From contig CM082593.2 in the NCBI GenBank assembly GCA_040954595.2, positions 5,783,434-5,847,433 of the forward strand: a stretch of DNA of 64,000 nt. The letters are read 5' to 3'. Of this stretch, positions 34,901 to 50,964 are shown piece after piece. This DNA is from Balanoglossus misakiensis (taxonomy: Eukaryota; Animalia; Hemichordata). The notes under the pieces were generated by a model. The model saw nothing but the letters and a program-made list of their open reading frames with translations, was not told where the DNA came from and ran no database searches. Position 1 is the stretch's first letter, and each line of letters starts with the position of its first letter. A program made the translations under genes and the position numbers.

Positions 34901-37900
34901 GAGGGAGGAGGAGGGGGATAGGAGTTGGCCTTGTTTCTATCGCTGGCTATCCCCAATTACAAGTGTATGTCTATTTCCTTGTGGTTTATTGACAACACAT
35001 AGCTGGTCATTTGTGCGTCTGTAGGGACACAACACAGGGCTGGCTGTACATCAGAAATGCCCTCACAACTAAACAACAGGAATATTAAAGGACATCTGCC
35101 CGTCCGACGGGACTCGTAAATCCACGCCATCAGCTTGTAAAGTACTGTGAGGGGGAAAAAAGCACTGAATTCCAAGCATCACTTTTCCAAGGTTGTGCCG
35201 TGCCTCTCAATTGTCACGAAACCACGGAAGTTGGTTCTCAACATCTTTTCTGTGTAAATTATCACATTTATAATGCTCGAGTCTATGCCCTCTAGAGTTA
35301 TAATATGTTCATTTACATTATTTGACGATGACTACAGGAATCTGTGGGCCTGAAAATGGATTACGGGTGTGTGCAGTGGGTACTCGCAATGCCATTTGCC
35401 GGCTATCTATCTAATCCATTGCTTGAGTGCCCGTATCCTTAACCCTGGAAAGCAAAGCACCGATAGCGGATAAACTATCCATGGAACGCACAGGCATATC
35501 ACGTTGGCTCTCCTCCCATCCTTGCCCAAAGAGAGCTTCGAGCTGGAACCAGCCTGTATATCTGAATGGCAGCTCTTTATCAAGTCATTATCAGGTTCAT
35601 TAGGGTCTTGTCACGAGCGGCTGGTGACAGCTCTATTAGCACTCTATCGACTCTCTCTCTCAGACATCCATCATTCTCGTCGTCATAATCATCCACGCAG
35701 ACAACCACCAAACAGCACATGGCATACTGACCCTCACTCCATATAAACTAATCTAATCTCCTTCGCTAGCAATATTCCAATTTTTGCACAATGTGCAAGC
35801 CACGAATCTCTGGATCAAAACTCCATTTAGTGTGTCATATAACTGCCAAAGTGGCTATATATAGCGTCATGGATAAAATGAGCAATTCCTGGAAAAGCCG
35901 GAATGCTGTGCACACGGAAAACTGATGGGAACGTGCGAGAGATCTGGAAACACAGGTGCACCTGCCATAAACCTGCATCACTTCATTGACAATGATAAGC
36001 CCTCTCAGCGCTATCAACAGAGCAAGATATCATGGCACTAGTCTTTCATAAGCTGGAAATTGAAAGGTATTATTAGTTGAGCTTTTAATTTGATTTTGGT
36101 AGCATCTACTTTTCAAATGCACGAAAAAAATGTCTCGATATTTAACACTGTACTGTAATTTCTGCATATTTATTGATTTTAGAATCCATTTTCATCACAG
36201 CATAATACTCTTGGTCCCATTAATTGTGGATATTGATTAAAACTTTTATTATCAAATGGTAAATATTGATCGAGTCATTTTATAAACAGCAAAAATGATG
36301 AAATGAGAGCTGAATTTGCAAAATTGTTTCAGATTCATTTATTGTTAAATGATTAATAATTCACTGTTAAAAAATATCCAATGCTTGAAATCACTATAGC
36401 CTATGCAATTTTTTATTAATCTCGTAGTCCGAAATTTGGTTTAGATAGTACAGTAGTAGACTATTATATCTCATTTTTTCCATCAAACCCTGGTTTACTT
36501 GTAATCGGATTGCAAATTTGGCACGACAACATAGAGATTCCCAGGGTATGTCTGTTCAAAAAAATATAGAACCCTGAAACGTACGTGTATACATATTCTA
36601 TTGGCATCAACGCTGTCATAATACCAGTATTCTTATTATCTGGGATTTAATTATTCCAAGGATAGTCATACCCCCATGTGGCACGGAGATCGCATTGGCG
36701 GCCACAAATGAACAGGGCAGGCCTACCCACATCAAGTAATGACTACGCGAGTATTGAATAGCCCGCAATTAACTAACAAAGTAAACGTCGGAAGGTCGTT
36801 TCCCATTACAATAGCAAATGAGGTATAGCTCGTGTATCTATTGAATTTCATGAAAGCTGATGATGGCGGAGGCTGTGTACTTTTTATGATGCAATGAAGT
36901 GAACAGGTTGCTTCGCTAGCACATGTCAGTTCATCAAATACACGACTATAACTAGTCAAAGTACATGATATTGTGATCTATTAATCTTCAGAGCCTTTTC
37001 ACATTTCGTTCACTGCATTCAATACGTCTTTCCGATCATCCTTGCATTGGTGTTAGGTCTTAAATATTTCATCCCACAATGACTTTATAGTTGTATCGTT
37101 TTTATGCCAGATATTGCCTTTTAATTTTTATCTTCTCTCTGTAAGTAGTAGTTTAAATTAAGCTGCTGCATTATATTGAGTGTGACCATAGGGTGCTAAA
37201 TCTGCTAACCCAAAATGGCCTTGGGTTAGCCAAGAGCTGACTAGTAAAGTTAAAAACATTTTAATCTATACTGCACTTTCTCAACTCTCACTTCTTCTAT
37301 ATGTAAATTGTAAGTTATAGCTTGAAGAATATTGATTTTCTATATAAAGGATATGGATATTGATAATTCAACACTGATGATCGCCAGCTAATAAATTAAG
37401 TTTCAAGCCTACGCACAGTTAGCATATGTACGACTGTAGATCCAGAGAAATGTTGACTACGACTATTTAAATAGATGGGAATGGCTTCATCATCCAGTGA
37501 CAGGTTTGACAATCTCAATGACAAATGGAGAAAACAAGTCAGCCATGCAAGATGATTTATCAAAGTTCACACACACAGTCGCACTGTGCAGTCAAACACC
37601 AACCCTTCCATGTCACATCAAATAAACCCCACAGTTATCAAACTTAACGACTGCATCAAGTAATTTCAAATATAAGCTTTAATGGAGCATCGAGTCCGTA
37701 AGAGAGATTTATTGTTTTCTTGATAGCTTGGTTCACGAAGCCTTTTAATATTTTATATCATATTATTATTAGATTATTGATTTGACGAGGCGTTCATTTC
37801 TACTATGGTATCATGTAGATGGTGGGCTGGTTGAAGTTACCCGTAAGAGTTTTTGCATACATTCGTATCTAGTATTAGCCCCAAACAGTTTTGTCTGAAG

Positions 37901-40900
37901 GTACAAATAATAGCAGTTTCGTGTTTTTTTATAAACTTCCCCAAGGGAAGCAGCTGGATTTGAACAAAATTTAAAATACAACAGCTGCAAAACCTCTCAA
38001 GTAACTATCAGACTGCACAAATTTCTGTGCCACAAAAATTAACCCTGATCCTGTTTTCATCAAAACTCGGTCGGCGTCCGTCGAAACTACTTTCTATACG
38101 TGCCACATAAAATTAAGCCACAGCTAGGCCCCCAAGTCTCATGAATGTTAAATCCTCTCTGCATCAGGTTTGCTTGGGGATGCAGTAAATTTCAAACATC
38201 GACTCCATCATTACACAGTATCTCATTTGCTGAATTTTCACTTGAGACGTTTCTGTAGGAAATCGCCGTTTTCTCGCAGACAATTTAAAATTGTCTCAGG
38301 AAACGCAGTTTGTAGTATTATACCTGCAAGTACACACGTAAATTGCGATTTGGATCATGACAGGATAGTTGTCATGAATTAGCATATCCAATGGGCATGT
38401 TTACATTCGTGGTTGCCCCTCTGCCTGACTTTTGATCCTTGATTTCGATCTCGGCATTCTACGTACATCAGGCAAGTGACAGTTATGGACATTGCGATAT
38501 TTTCTGAATATACCCATCAGACAAGCCTGTCAGTGGATTTGAAAATGTACTTTTCATTTCCTGAACCCTGGGCCATTTTGTTATGCCCCTTTCTTTGCTG
38601 CTTCATACAGCAGAAAATTATCTCTCCATAATGACGTAGACAAAATACACTTTTCAAATTGTCTCACAAACAGAAATAAACGCAATGTTCTGATTTCATG
38701 TACGCAATATACATATATTCCGATTTCAATGTGTCTCTTCAAGCTGTGTCGGCATTTTTTAAGTACACACACCATATTTTTTTGCTCCTGAATACACACA
38801 ACCTGGCCAGCAACGTAGGTATTGTTATAATTCCTCTACGCTTAAGCTTTACTGATCAACACAAGGCATATCAAAGTTCAACAGGCCTTGTAATGCCATA
38901 AAAAACAAATGCCTAATCAATATCTCAGATTAAACACACAATACAGCATGTCTGGGCAAATCCCAAAAATCTGAAACAGAGTGGCAGGGGTAATCAGTCC
39001 ATAAACAATCAAATTCCATTTACGAATAATGTCTTTTGATTAGGACACTCCCATAGATTACATGTAAGTACCAGAAAAAGTGCTCTTCAAGTTCTTTATC
39101 AAGTAAAAAATATTGCCATTCCCATTGCAGTTTTAATTTTGACAACGTTCATGATTGTTTTATTGTGTAGGTTCTAGGAGGTGTGAATATGTCATCACAC
39201 GCATTGTAACCAAAGCAGTCAACATTTCTCATCTCTTCAGCCCAAGATAAATGACTTAAACAAGGGTGTTTTTTGTTTGCTTTTGGTCGGCAGTCCTGTT
39301 CTGGTGTCAAGGCACTGTTGATATTACTACACGCAGATACAAAATAGCTGGTGGAGAATCTGACTGCCACGGAGAGGGAGTATTTTCACGTGACAGCTGC
39401 CCAGGTAGTCGTACCATTCAAGTGGTGGGTGGCGGCAGAAAGATCAAAGGACAGCCGGTACAACCCACAGTGCAATGCAGTGCATCCATATATTGCATTT
39501 TCATGAGATTCCTAATCATCAATGTGTTGAGATATTCAAAACAGAGGTAGTGTGAAAAACCACAGAGTTTTAATATCTCCCATCTATCCCTACCAAAATA
39601 TTGTAGAAATATATTTCAATTGGGAACACAAATCTGATGGTAGGAAATCACCCATTGGAATATCACATTGGAATATAACTGCCCAACGCTACTAGTGTGG
39701 CCTTGGATGGTCACACATACATGTACAAGCCCATGCAAACAAGCACAGGATGTTCCAGGGCGGAAAATTGAAAGCTTTATAAAATACATTGATATGAACA
39801 GAACTCGAAATGAACATATGACAGTGTGAACACTAAATGCCAAGTTTCACGTTAGACATTTACATTTACAGTACATCTTTAAATAAGAATACAGAAAATC
39901 ATGGAATTACAAACCAAGATTGTAGGGAGACGCAGGGAAAAAAATTATCTACAACAATCGACTGCAGATTGCTTCATTACCCCAACACCACCTGAATCGT
40001 AACACGATTGATATTTACTGAAAGGGACTTATTTCCATGGCACGGCCTCTTCAGTCATTACAGCAAATCGTGTACCCAATTTGCAATCCTGATCTATACA
40101 TTAATTCCATCATCAACTTACAGCCAAGGCAGTTGGCTCTTCAGTTTAATTGGCTGTATTGTTTCTCATCAATAGGCATGATGTTGGAGAGCAGTGAACT
40201 CCTCCACAATTCCGGGACTTTCAGATCCGAGCTCTCTGACTTCATACAACGGTGACCTCACCATGCATTGAATTCTTAATAGTCCAAGTCATAAAGGTTT
40301 TATTTCAGTCTCCTTTTACAGTAAACGGTTTAACTTTTCTCTGATTTACATCATTTGACATTAATTGCATATTACTGATTAAGATTACCGCTGAATAATT
40401 CAAGGTTGGTGTGGCCTTTCATTTTAGAGTTCCTTGATTCCGGCAAAAAATAGGGTTGTTAAACCGTATTTAAGTCTTTTGCCGTCGCGCTTCAGTGACG
40501 CTAAATGAGAAGCCCTTGGCAAACCAATTACACCTTATTTTCGTCACGGTGTTCCTGGAACTAAATTTGCAATGAAAGTTGTCGTGGTCATCCATTTCAA
40601 TGCCAATGCATTCCATTGACTATTTCAGTAACGTACATTAGCATCAGTCTCTAACTTAATCATGGTGGCGTTTGTTCAGTTGAGAGAGCATCAAATACCT
40701 ACAAAACTGTACAATACATTTATTTATCTAGCCTTACAAAATTTTCCCCAAATTCTGATTTCACCCTATCTTAATTCTTATGACGACAATTTATCATACA
40801 GGTGCATTATGGGAAGGTAAACATAAGCCTAAGCTGTACAGATTTTTGGGAATGGAACCCTTATAACAGTATTCCTTGGAATGCAGATCATATTACTTGG

Positions 40901-43900
40901 GTGTGGATTGTTTTGGCTGGATTTCTGCATTATTTTCTCAATACTACAAAGTTTGTGCAAATGCTTGTATGAAGTTACTGATGGCAACCATTGGACCCTA
41001 AACCCAATGTATCCAAACAAGAAACATCATTCCGTAATTTCTTAATATCCATCCGAATGTTTACATGGGCTTCTGATGGCTACACTGCATTCGGATAAGG
41101 AAAAAAAAAATTAAACATTCATAATTTTCAGGTGTAAGGTATACACGTTACATGTAATCTACAAGACTGATGAATATTTAATAAATCGTATCAAATGTCA
41201 GCGCTTTCGTGTTTTGAAGATCCAGGCAAAACAAATGAGAAAGGGATTATTTAAAATTGATATCCAATGGCTCGGTAAGTTTCAATGATTTTTGCACAAT
41301 TGCATGCCAGCTGACCTTTCTTAAAACTTACTTATTGCAGAAATTCTGAAGACGAGTAAAATATTTATCCGATTCAGTTCCCACCTTATGGAGGTGAAAA
41401 ACGGTTTCCTAGCAACAGTTGCAGGGCTCTTCATCAGATCGTGGATGAGAGATTTTCCTTCCACTCAGGGGGTTAGAAGAGATCTTGCTTAGTACTAGCA
41501 GATGAAGGAACACCCATGGTGTGCCAAAGAAAAGGTATGATTTTCAGATTCTATGGCAGATATATGCAAAGGAAACTTTGGGGAAATGCAAAGAATATTT
41601 TAGTTAGAGGTTCCAAAAGATGGAGTAAAGCGAGTCAGCATTTGTCTTATACTCTCCACGTTTCAAGTTTTTTTTCAATTATAGAAATACCTGAATGATT
41701 AAGTGACTTGGCGTTTTTTTCTTCTTTTAACATTTTAGGAAACTGATAGCAAGGATCTATGATGATGCCGAATGAATTCACAAAACAGACACAATAATTG
41801 TGACACACAGCTAACAACTACAGAGCACTAAGTGTCATGCATTCAGCAGCTAGTTTGCTCACTTTGGGAGCAATTTCCTGTGCATAGAAAGTGGAGAACA
41901 TCATCACCCCCATACAACGGCACTTTGCCACAGACATGAATCAAGACAAAAGTGCTCAACCGAAGCATGAAACTTTTTTCCAGACTTCCATAAAACACCG
42001 ATGCCTGGCTGACCTAACCTGAATATTCAGTTGACATTTCACCCACAACACAAGCAGATTTGTTCAGAATGGTACAAAAATCGCATCTGTTTTCACAAAC
42101 ATGACAGTGTGATGGCAAAGTATGTTTTTGTTAGGGGTATAAAGGTTTATTTTGGTGTAAGATTTCATACAATCATGCACGTTTTAAAAGGTAATTTTAA
42201 ACTCCCTAGTATAAAATCCAGCCAAGGCAAGATAGTCTTCAAGCAGAAGGTTAATATAATATCCCTGTTGCTTGAGGGGAAATTCTTTCATACTTAATTA
42301 GATTTGCCACAGCTGAAACACTACGATTTTCTTTCAAAACCACAGATTGGCCCGGCGTTGATTTCATAATACATGTCACAGTATGCCAGAAGGTTCGCCT
42401 AACAATCTCTATGTGATGGAAAAATCAAAATAATGAAGTTACTTCACATCCGTGCACACATTTCCTCGGTTGATTGCATTTGGTGATATTGGTAAATTCG
42501 CATTATCCACAAAGGCACTCCAGATGATGTCTTTATTGAAGGGAATGCATAATAAAATCAGCGACAGAAATTTATGGATAAAGTGGGGAATTGTTTGTCA
42601 GACTGAGCTGCTGACAGCTACTGATTTATGATTTGATATTGTCATGATGTAAAGGACAGAAAAGAAGAACATTCTGTTTTAAAAGGACTAGCCAAGGTCT
42701 CACTCACAGTGCCTCTAGGTTGTCTTGGGGAAAATCTGAAGTCTGCAAGGATAGGATCTCACATCACTATCTGTACACGTAGTCACTTCAATTCTTTGTC
42801 AGTCACTCGACTTGAATTTTACGCAGAAGGAATGAATACTCTTAGAAAGCTTGCATTACACATACTACTGATCATAGAATATTGTAATTATACTTCCTTT
42901 AACACTTCTGAGAATTCCATGATTCATGAGAAAAATCCCTGACTATGACTAAAAGAAAATCAGAATCGTCACATAAACCCATAGATTAAGATATTTTGAT
43001 TTCAACACAACCGCAAACATCAAGATTAGGATAAGGATGGATCAAAAATGTCTTTTGAGGGAAACTGAATGTAACTAGGTCTTCACGACCATGCTGTAAT
43101 TTATTCCATATCAGAGAAGATCAGACGAAAGTGCTGACCTGTAGTCCTCCCATGGAATAAACAACATTACCTTGTCTTTTAACTGTTGGGCCTGAGGCGT
43201 TGCTGTATGGGCTACGCGAAAAAAGTCTATGTGTGATATTGATTGCAGATCCTGTGAGAAGATACAGTGACTCTGTGTGCACTGTTTTGACAAGAATCTG
43301 CCGTGACATTTTCATTACGGCAGATTTTGGCTTCTGACGACGACAGACTACAGATTTGCTTTTTTTGACAGTGCCAACGCTGAGCTCTGAATCAGACATG
43401 CGTGTTGATGCATGCCCGCTTCAGAAGTAATCTGACTTTTCTCCAGACTGTACACTTTTGAGGTGTTGATCACGCAGCAACTCCAGTGGCTGGTTGCTAT
43501 CTTCCCTGTCCCCGAGGAATTCGCCGGTAAACCACAGCTTCTATTATTGTTGGGAATGACGCATGAGGCTGACTCCCATATCTGACAGAAGAGGTTTTGC
43601 CCTTTTGATTTGTCGTTTTGCAAACCACAATACACTGATTGGCTGCTTATGAAAAAGATGCACTGCGATTGCACGCCATTTCAAAGCACCGATACAAACA
43701 AGCCACAGAAAACACCAAACACTGCAATAACTTGTAGTTATGCATCCTGAACTTGAAGTATTTTTACAGAACATTTTTTAGAACCTCTGGTACTTGTGCA
43801 TCAAGTGCTGAACAAAACTTGGCTCTATCAGCATCATCTGTATCACTGATTTCCGGCCAACCAGAACACCGCAGCACACCACATTAATGTTTGTCAGATT

Positions 43901-46900
43901 AACGATACGGTCAACTGAACTTTCCACAAATCACTACACATGAAAAACTAATACAGAATCAGTTCTCATCGTTTCAAAAATGAAAACTGTGATACGTCGC
44001 CGCGGGGGACACCGTTACCATGCCGACATCAATACCATCACCACGGTGACATCCACACATGATAATCAAGTCTTTTATACATGAATCAAATCTACAGGGA
44101 TCCTGGGTTGGTTCTGCATCGCTCCCAGCATGCATTGCACTTGTAATCTTTTCATCAAAATGCTATGAATGTCAAAAGAGTAGAGATAAATTCCCAAGTA
44201 TTACAAATATTTGAACAATGTGTAGGTGACGACTCAATACAGTGCGGTCGGAATACCTTCCGTGTATGCAAATTGTAATGGAAAAGTCATGTATGATATT
44301 GTCATCACAACACGTTTATCAAACGATCAATTTCTGGCATTTACAGCACTTTTCTGTCATGTTACTTAAAGAAATGACACCTTTCCCCGGTCATGTTAAG
44401 GAAATTACTGCTTTCATAAAAGCACTTAAGTACCGAATGATATAGAATAATGCTGAACATTACTGCCACTGCCACAACTGAGCAAGTGATGTTTATTTCT
44501 CTGCAAGAAACATCCAAACCCATTTTAAAACATTTTCATCAGTCTCTCTACTGAGACTGAGAGACTTTTTTGTAATCAGGATGATAGACTGACAATTTAC
44601 ATTAACATGTGGACATTTCCCAATGGACTACGCTGATAACAGCATTTTGTAACAAGTTGGTACACATTTCGTGAATTGGCAGTTAAGTATACGAGGCATA
44701 CTGAACGTGAAATACATCATTGCATGTTGTTGTTTTCTACTCTGGCGGTTGAAAATTCCTATATATGTGCGTCTGTTATAGCAGCTTAGCAATGTATTTA
44801 ATCAAAGTCTTAACACCGTACATGGCTATCTTCTAGTAACTAATCACCACCCACTTGACTTTCTGGGTCACCTTTAGATTCAAAAACATGTAATCGGCCT
44901 CCACGTTGGATCCTGCTACAAGGCCAAACGTGAAAAGCTTCTCAAGAACGCTGCGACGAGCACCAATCACGGTCCATTCAAACCTCACAATGAAATGTAA
45001 TGCACCCCATTTACGCATCTCCTTCGGAAGCTCTGAACAGCATGACCCCTTTCCTGCTTAGTCAGCGCATACTCTGCCCTACCACAATCGGTGGACGGAC
45101 ACCAACAGTAGCTGCCTGGCAGGGAGGATCATTTCACACTTCGCTGACTGCAAAAGAACACACGCAAATAGCCGGGTCACGGCAATACACACAAAGTGCA
45201 TTACCAGGCGTGCCATACTTTGTGTTCTGAGCTCACGGACCTCTTCAATATTTCATAATGTTATATTTTATTTCCCCCCGCACCGTGGTGCACCGTCTCA
45301 GAAGACAGGTTTCAATCATGTGCAGCCCGAGCTCAAGAGCCAATAAATTGCTTGCTGGGGGAAACTGGTCAGCGCAAGACACGTCAGAGTTGGGTGATTA
45401 GTGTGTGATTAATCGCCTGGGGTTAGGGCAGCACATGAATTTTTTCACACTCAATTCTCAAAGCAGTGCTCCAGTAAATCAGGGTAAACATCCACATGTT
45501 CGGTAGACTAGTGGGATCGGGTTTTTACATAAACGGTCAAGTGCGCAAGTGCTCGCACATTTTTTATTTCAGACCTTTAAAAACTTTCACTCTTATATTT
45601 CAGTAGAAATTGTTCATTTCATTCACAATGGCATGTTCATATGCACCACGAATGTTTAAAATTGATGGAAATATTGAATTGCTGCAATGCAGCATCTACA
45701 TATAAATCCCTAATATGGGAAATGTCACAAACCACAAAGGAATTTATTTATAGCGCAAGGTATACGCCTCTGTACCATGTAATGTACATATTGTCTCAGA
45801 ATGAATGAACATTTGCTTCAAATAGGATGCATGCAAAATCGATCAGTTCTTGAATTGAACGTGAAAGCACCGACATTAACAAATTAGAGCCACATTAGAT
45901 AGAGTCGTACGTTCCTCCCCTGGAATGGCTTTGAGTAAGTCCAATCATGTGTGCATGAAATATGGTTGCTGTCGTGCCAGGAACCGTCGAAGAACGTGAT
46001 CACGTTTTCCTTCCCTGCACCGACGATAAAACTTAACCACAGAGAAAATGCAGCAATATATATATCGTGGATAATCCCAGAAACGGAATAACCACCTGAC
46101 AAACAGTCAAACAAATATTTAAAAGCGGACGGGAGAAAATGACATTCTTGCGTCTACTATCAGATTGATTTGCTACATATACGTATGTACTAATTTGAAT
46201 TTATATGAATGGAAATAATCAAGTGCGGAGTATATAAATTGGATCGCCTTGATAAAATCACAAGGGGATTTCTTACCTCCGATACAAATGTCATTCATGT
46301 AGTTGACATTAACTACCCTAAAATAGTGATATTTTACGAGAATGAAGGCCACATTATTCTGTAAGGAAATGGCCTGATTTTGATAGCTGAGTACGGGACA
46401 TGTTAAAAATGTAACCTCAGACATGAAACTATTTAGAATTCATTTTCCCTATAACAAGATGTTTTTTTCATGCGTCATGAATGAGACGTCATCTCGTTCA
46501 CAGCAATATTAAACTGTAAATCTTGCCCTAAAAAGAGATGTACTGTCCAGGAACATGTAAGAAGGCTGTTACGGTATAACTATTGCTACTGGATATATCT
46601 CCTTTCTACAACGTAGGCGATACCATCATTAGACAGGATCGTGAAGGGATAACTAGCCACTGCCCCATTTAGAATTTGCCAGTGGGATGAACGTTCAGTC
46701 TCGCGTTTTCACAGGGGTTCGTGCAAAATTGGTGTTGGACCTGAACTGGCACAGACAGGAAGTCTGATTCCCCGGAAAACATCGCCCCCAAAAACCGGCA
46801 TAAGCGTGATTTCCATGAAAACCCTGCCAGACATCAAGTTTCTGCTTTACCTGATATGTGCAGATTTCCACACAAGGAATGGCCTATAAACCTTTCTGTT

Positions 46901-49900
46901 CCCTTCCACACACTCTGAGTTTGATCAAGGAAAGCTGAAGACTCCAATAGTGTAGCTGCAATACTAGTCCAAACACATTGAAAATAATATAATACACAAG
47001 TTGGCATACAAAAAATTTGCAGCATGTGTGAAATTTCACTTTGTGGATTTGTGTGTACGTCATCTTTCTTGATACCGATACTTTGTAATCATACATGCAG
47101 AATAATTACATAATATACCGAAAATGAATTCAATCAGTTGCTTCTGCGTGATCTCATAATACAACCTAGCAACAACAAAAATTGTGGGTGATTGAAGCAA
47201 CTTCTCAGCTCTACAAAAGCTGGTGATGATGGATTCCTTTGTCCAATCTGTATGAGTATTGAAGTCTGATGGAAAGATGTCTATGCCTGGCAGAAGGGTG
47301 TAATAATAGCATGGAAAGTGGAATTGATTTTATTGAACACTCACTGTCCAACTCGACCAAATTTACAAGCAACATCTGGCAGTACACAATTCAGGAATTA
47401 TTCCTCTGCCTGGATTAGATTTGCTCCGATTAATAAGCAGATATTCAGGATTAATATTCACAATCTCGAAGTGTGGGTCACCAGCAAACTGGAGCAATCA
47501 TCGGCATTAATTAAAACACTGCATTCATTAGGAATAATACCGGTACTCTGATCTTAATGACTCCCACTGGGGGGATATCTTCGTAACCATAGGAGTTGAT
47601 TTCACATCAATGAAATTGACATATTTACATTGAAAGCATTTCTGTGTAATAGTATTGATTTCTGGCGAAATTAATGAACGCCATTCAGCACTAAGAGGAA
47701 TTAGAGAGAACAGTTTTTTTTAGTTTTCAGAGAGAAAGAATGGACAGATTTCCATAAATCAATGCATTAATTATTCGAGACAAAACAGGCAGCACAACCA
47801 ATGGGGGAGGCATTTATTTCAACAACATTAACAGCAATGGTCTTTCTCATCCCATGATGTACGAAGTTGAAATAAATATTGGGAGACTTTATCCATGTGA
47901 AAAAAATTAAATAATTTTGAAAACTAGTTTGGGAATTAACTTTTGAAATAAACGTTGGAATGTAGACATGAGGCTGGTATTTATCCCACTCCCAGGGGCC
48001 AGATTCATTTTTCATGGGGAGTCTCTAAAACGAGCTTCTGATATCATATTTAACAGGTGGAGTATTCGGACCATAAAACAACAGGTTCCTGCTTGTGCAG
48101 ACGCATAGGAAATGTCAGGAGGAAACCCTTACGAGGGTTTGAAATTGACATGCATGTATGGGGAAAGCTGCGTTTTTAAACAGCATGAATGCTGATGAGT
48201 ATCATATTATTTCACCAGTTTGCTATCATACCTGTTTGATCTATACGCTAAACACGAAACTGATAATGATCAGTTATCATTATCGATTATGTAAAGCATA
48301 CGAAACACTGACCTGACCATCCTAGATTTTTGTCCTGAACCAGATACATAATGATAAACACACAGCCCCTCAAGAGCATTGACCCCAGAGCTAAGCAAGC
48401 ATGCCATGATGATTATAATGTATGACCCACAATTATTAAATCTGTTCTGTGACAGACAAGCACTTTAAAGATGATTGTATTTATTATACAATCCTGTAAA
48501 TCGACGACTAGACGCTTGCTGTGGCTGGGATGGACACTAAAAACAGTGTTGTGCTATCACTCATACTTCATTACTGAAATAATATTTGTTGAATGTAATT
48601 AAAAGAAAAAACAGCTGCTGTGACAATATGGCAAAAGTCAACTTCATCTGCGTTTCAGCAAAATGTGTATGCAAAAATTGGCACTCTGAGATTCACCTCG
48701 ATTGAAGTCAGCTGATTACGAGAGCAGATTTCAAGAACACACAAATCTCTCTCACACGCTGCTTTCCACGGACAAAAAGAAGAACAGCTAGAAAATGAAG
48801 CAACTGTAAAAACACAAATCTGCTGAGTTGCTTCTGGTGATCTTAAATTGTACAGAGAGGCTAATGTAACGTTGCCCCTTCGCAGATTTCTTGTATAGGT
48901 TACACCACTGAGACATTCAGACGGCTGCTGATTTTCTGATGAATCTATTTGCTTGTCGGATAAAGGGGGTCAAAATTACGCGAAAATCCACATATACCCC
49001 TGCGACTCTTGCGTAATGGAAAAATAATTATCACCAGCCGAGTGGATACTGTTATTGGCCACTTTCTGCAAATTCTATGATACTGCCATTTTCTGCGTTT
49101 GATTGAAGTTCTTGGTGACACTTCCTGTGTGCGATTTTCTCAACACTGTTGTCATAGTTCAAAAGGATTTGGGGATTGCTCTTCAAATCCCACGACCTTT
49201 GACCGCCACCAGCTGGCGCGTGACTCTAGGGGTCACCTTCGAACACGCACCAACAATCGTACATGTTTGGAAAGTTGATTACATTTCCAGCCTAAACAGC
49301 TTGAAACCTGGATTGAATTTCATTTCTTCATGACATCATTCAAAACTGTGTACACTACAACTGAGAGAGAGAATTTCATCATTTACGTATGTTTGGTTAT
49401 AAACACAAAAACCCTGTCACAGCTTCTGACAGCTGTGCTCTCTCACAAAACTGATATTTTTCAGCCTGCATCACTTCTCGCATCCAAATAGCAGAAACAG
49501 TCTACAGCCAAACACTACACTTCCATGAAGTGATACGAAAAGAGCCTTTATCGTCACAGCTGATATTCTGCGAGTGGTGACAACAACAGAAAAGCTGCAG
49601 CCTCCTATCAACAAGCCACGAACGACGGATGACTCCACGGTATCTGAAGAGATACGTTAACGCCTGATTTGCTGAAATATGCTCAGAATTTTCTGCTCAC
49701 AGGGATGGCAGTTGTGAAGTATTTGCCATTACATGCCTGGCATGACGAGTGCAGAAACATTACATGTGATACACACACCTCTTTTTCTGTACGACCTTAC
49801 CCTCCACACTCTCTCAAAAGGCTCGCCGTATTAACCACACAATATTTGGAGAGAAAATTGTCCAATCCTTCTTTTTTTCGGCTAATCGTTTGGCCTCCTT

Positions 49901-50950
49901 GATTAGAATCATTAAAATAATTGGACTTATGGCAATGATCTATGGTCTGCACTAGCACTAATGGTTCCTCCAAGGTCTAAACAAGTAGCCATACATCACT
50001 TCGCCACCTTAGGTTGTCAGGGCCGCTTTACAAATTGTAATGTACATGGCAATGCCATTCATTCAGATGTGATTACAACCGTCGCTTAAATTCCCTTGCA
50101 AACCTTTTTCCTAAGTTCAAAACATCATGCCATTTACCGACAAATACATTTAGCATGCATTAGTGCTTAAGGACTGTCCTGTAAACCATTGTAGCTCACT
50201 TGCAACGACCGGTATGACTTTAATGGCCATGAACGACTAAATCAATGTCAATGTCACAGCAAATTTTCGTAAAACATCCTTAGTTTATCGGGTTGGAGCT
50301 TCCAATTGTATCTCCTTATAGAACGAATTGTGCAAGTAGGTTATAGTCCAACTACATTAACCTAATTGTCAAGGACAGTCTACAGCAACATAAATCCGGA
50401 CACCCAAAGAGATTGAGAACTTCGATAACTCAAGAAATCTGACCTTCCAATCGTATATGTACGTAAAGTTTCACGCTTTAAAAATGGCGGTGCCCTCTCG
50501 TTTCTTCCGAAGCACGCTGATGTTGTAAATATATAAAACTTGTATCAGTCATCGTATTTCTTGCCAGACAGGCAAACTGCATTTTAAATGTGATGATTTG
50601 GTCATTTACACGAACATAAGTATCTATTCTCTCCTTCAGAGATTCGTGTGGGTTTATCGTATTTATCATTTAATAAACAACTTCAATGCGACCTACTTGC
50701 CAGTGTTATCAGTTTTAACTGCAGTCCTTGGGTCAGCCTGATCGCAAATGTTTAGCTTCCATTGTATTTGATGTTTACTTTTTCGAAAAGGAGAGGTTGA
50801 AACACAAAAGTAAATCACTTTCAAAGCAATATTGACCCCTCCCCTTAATTTTTCATCTGCTGTTCTCTGGTCTCAAAGGTTGATAAACTCAAGCACTTTG
50901 ACTGAAGTTATAAGGTAAACTTCAGCAAAAAGACTTCACCTAAAGTGACT

Positions 50951-50964
50951 GTTTCCATGGTAAC
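50951..50964. promoter_or_regulatory. RFX X-box GTTTCCATGGTAAC
   Basis: Matches the X-box consensus and is adjacent to a cluster of AP-1-like GAGTCA sites. Confidence 0.4.
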
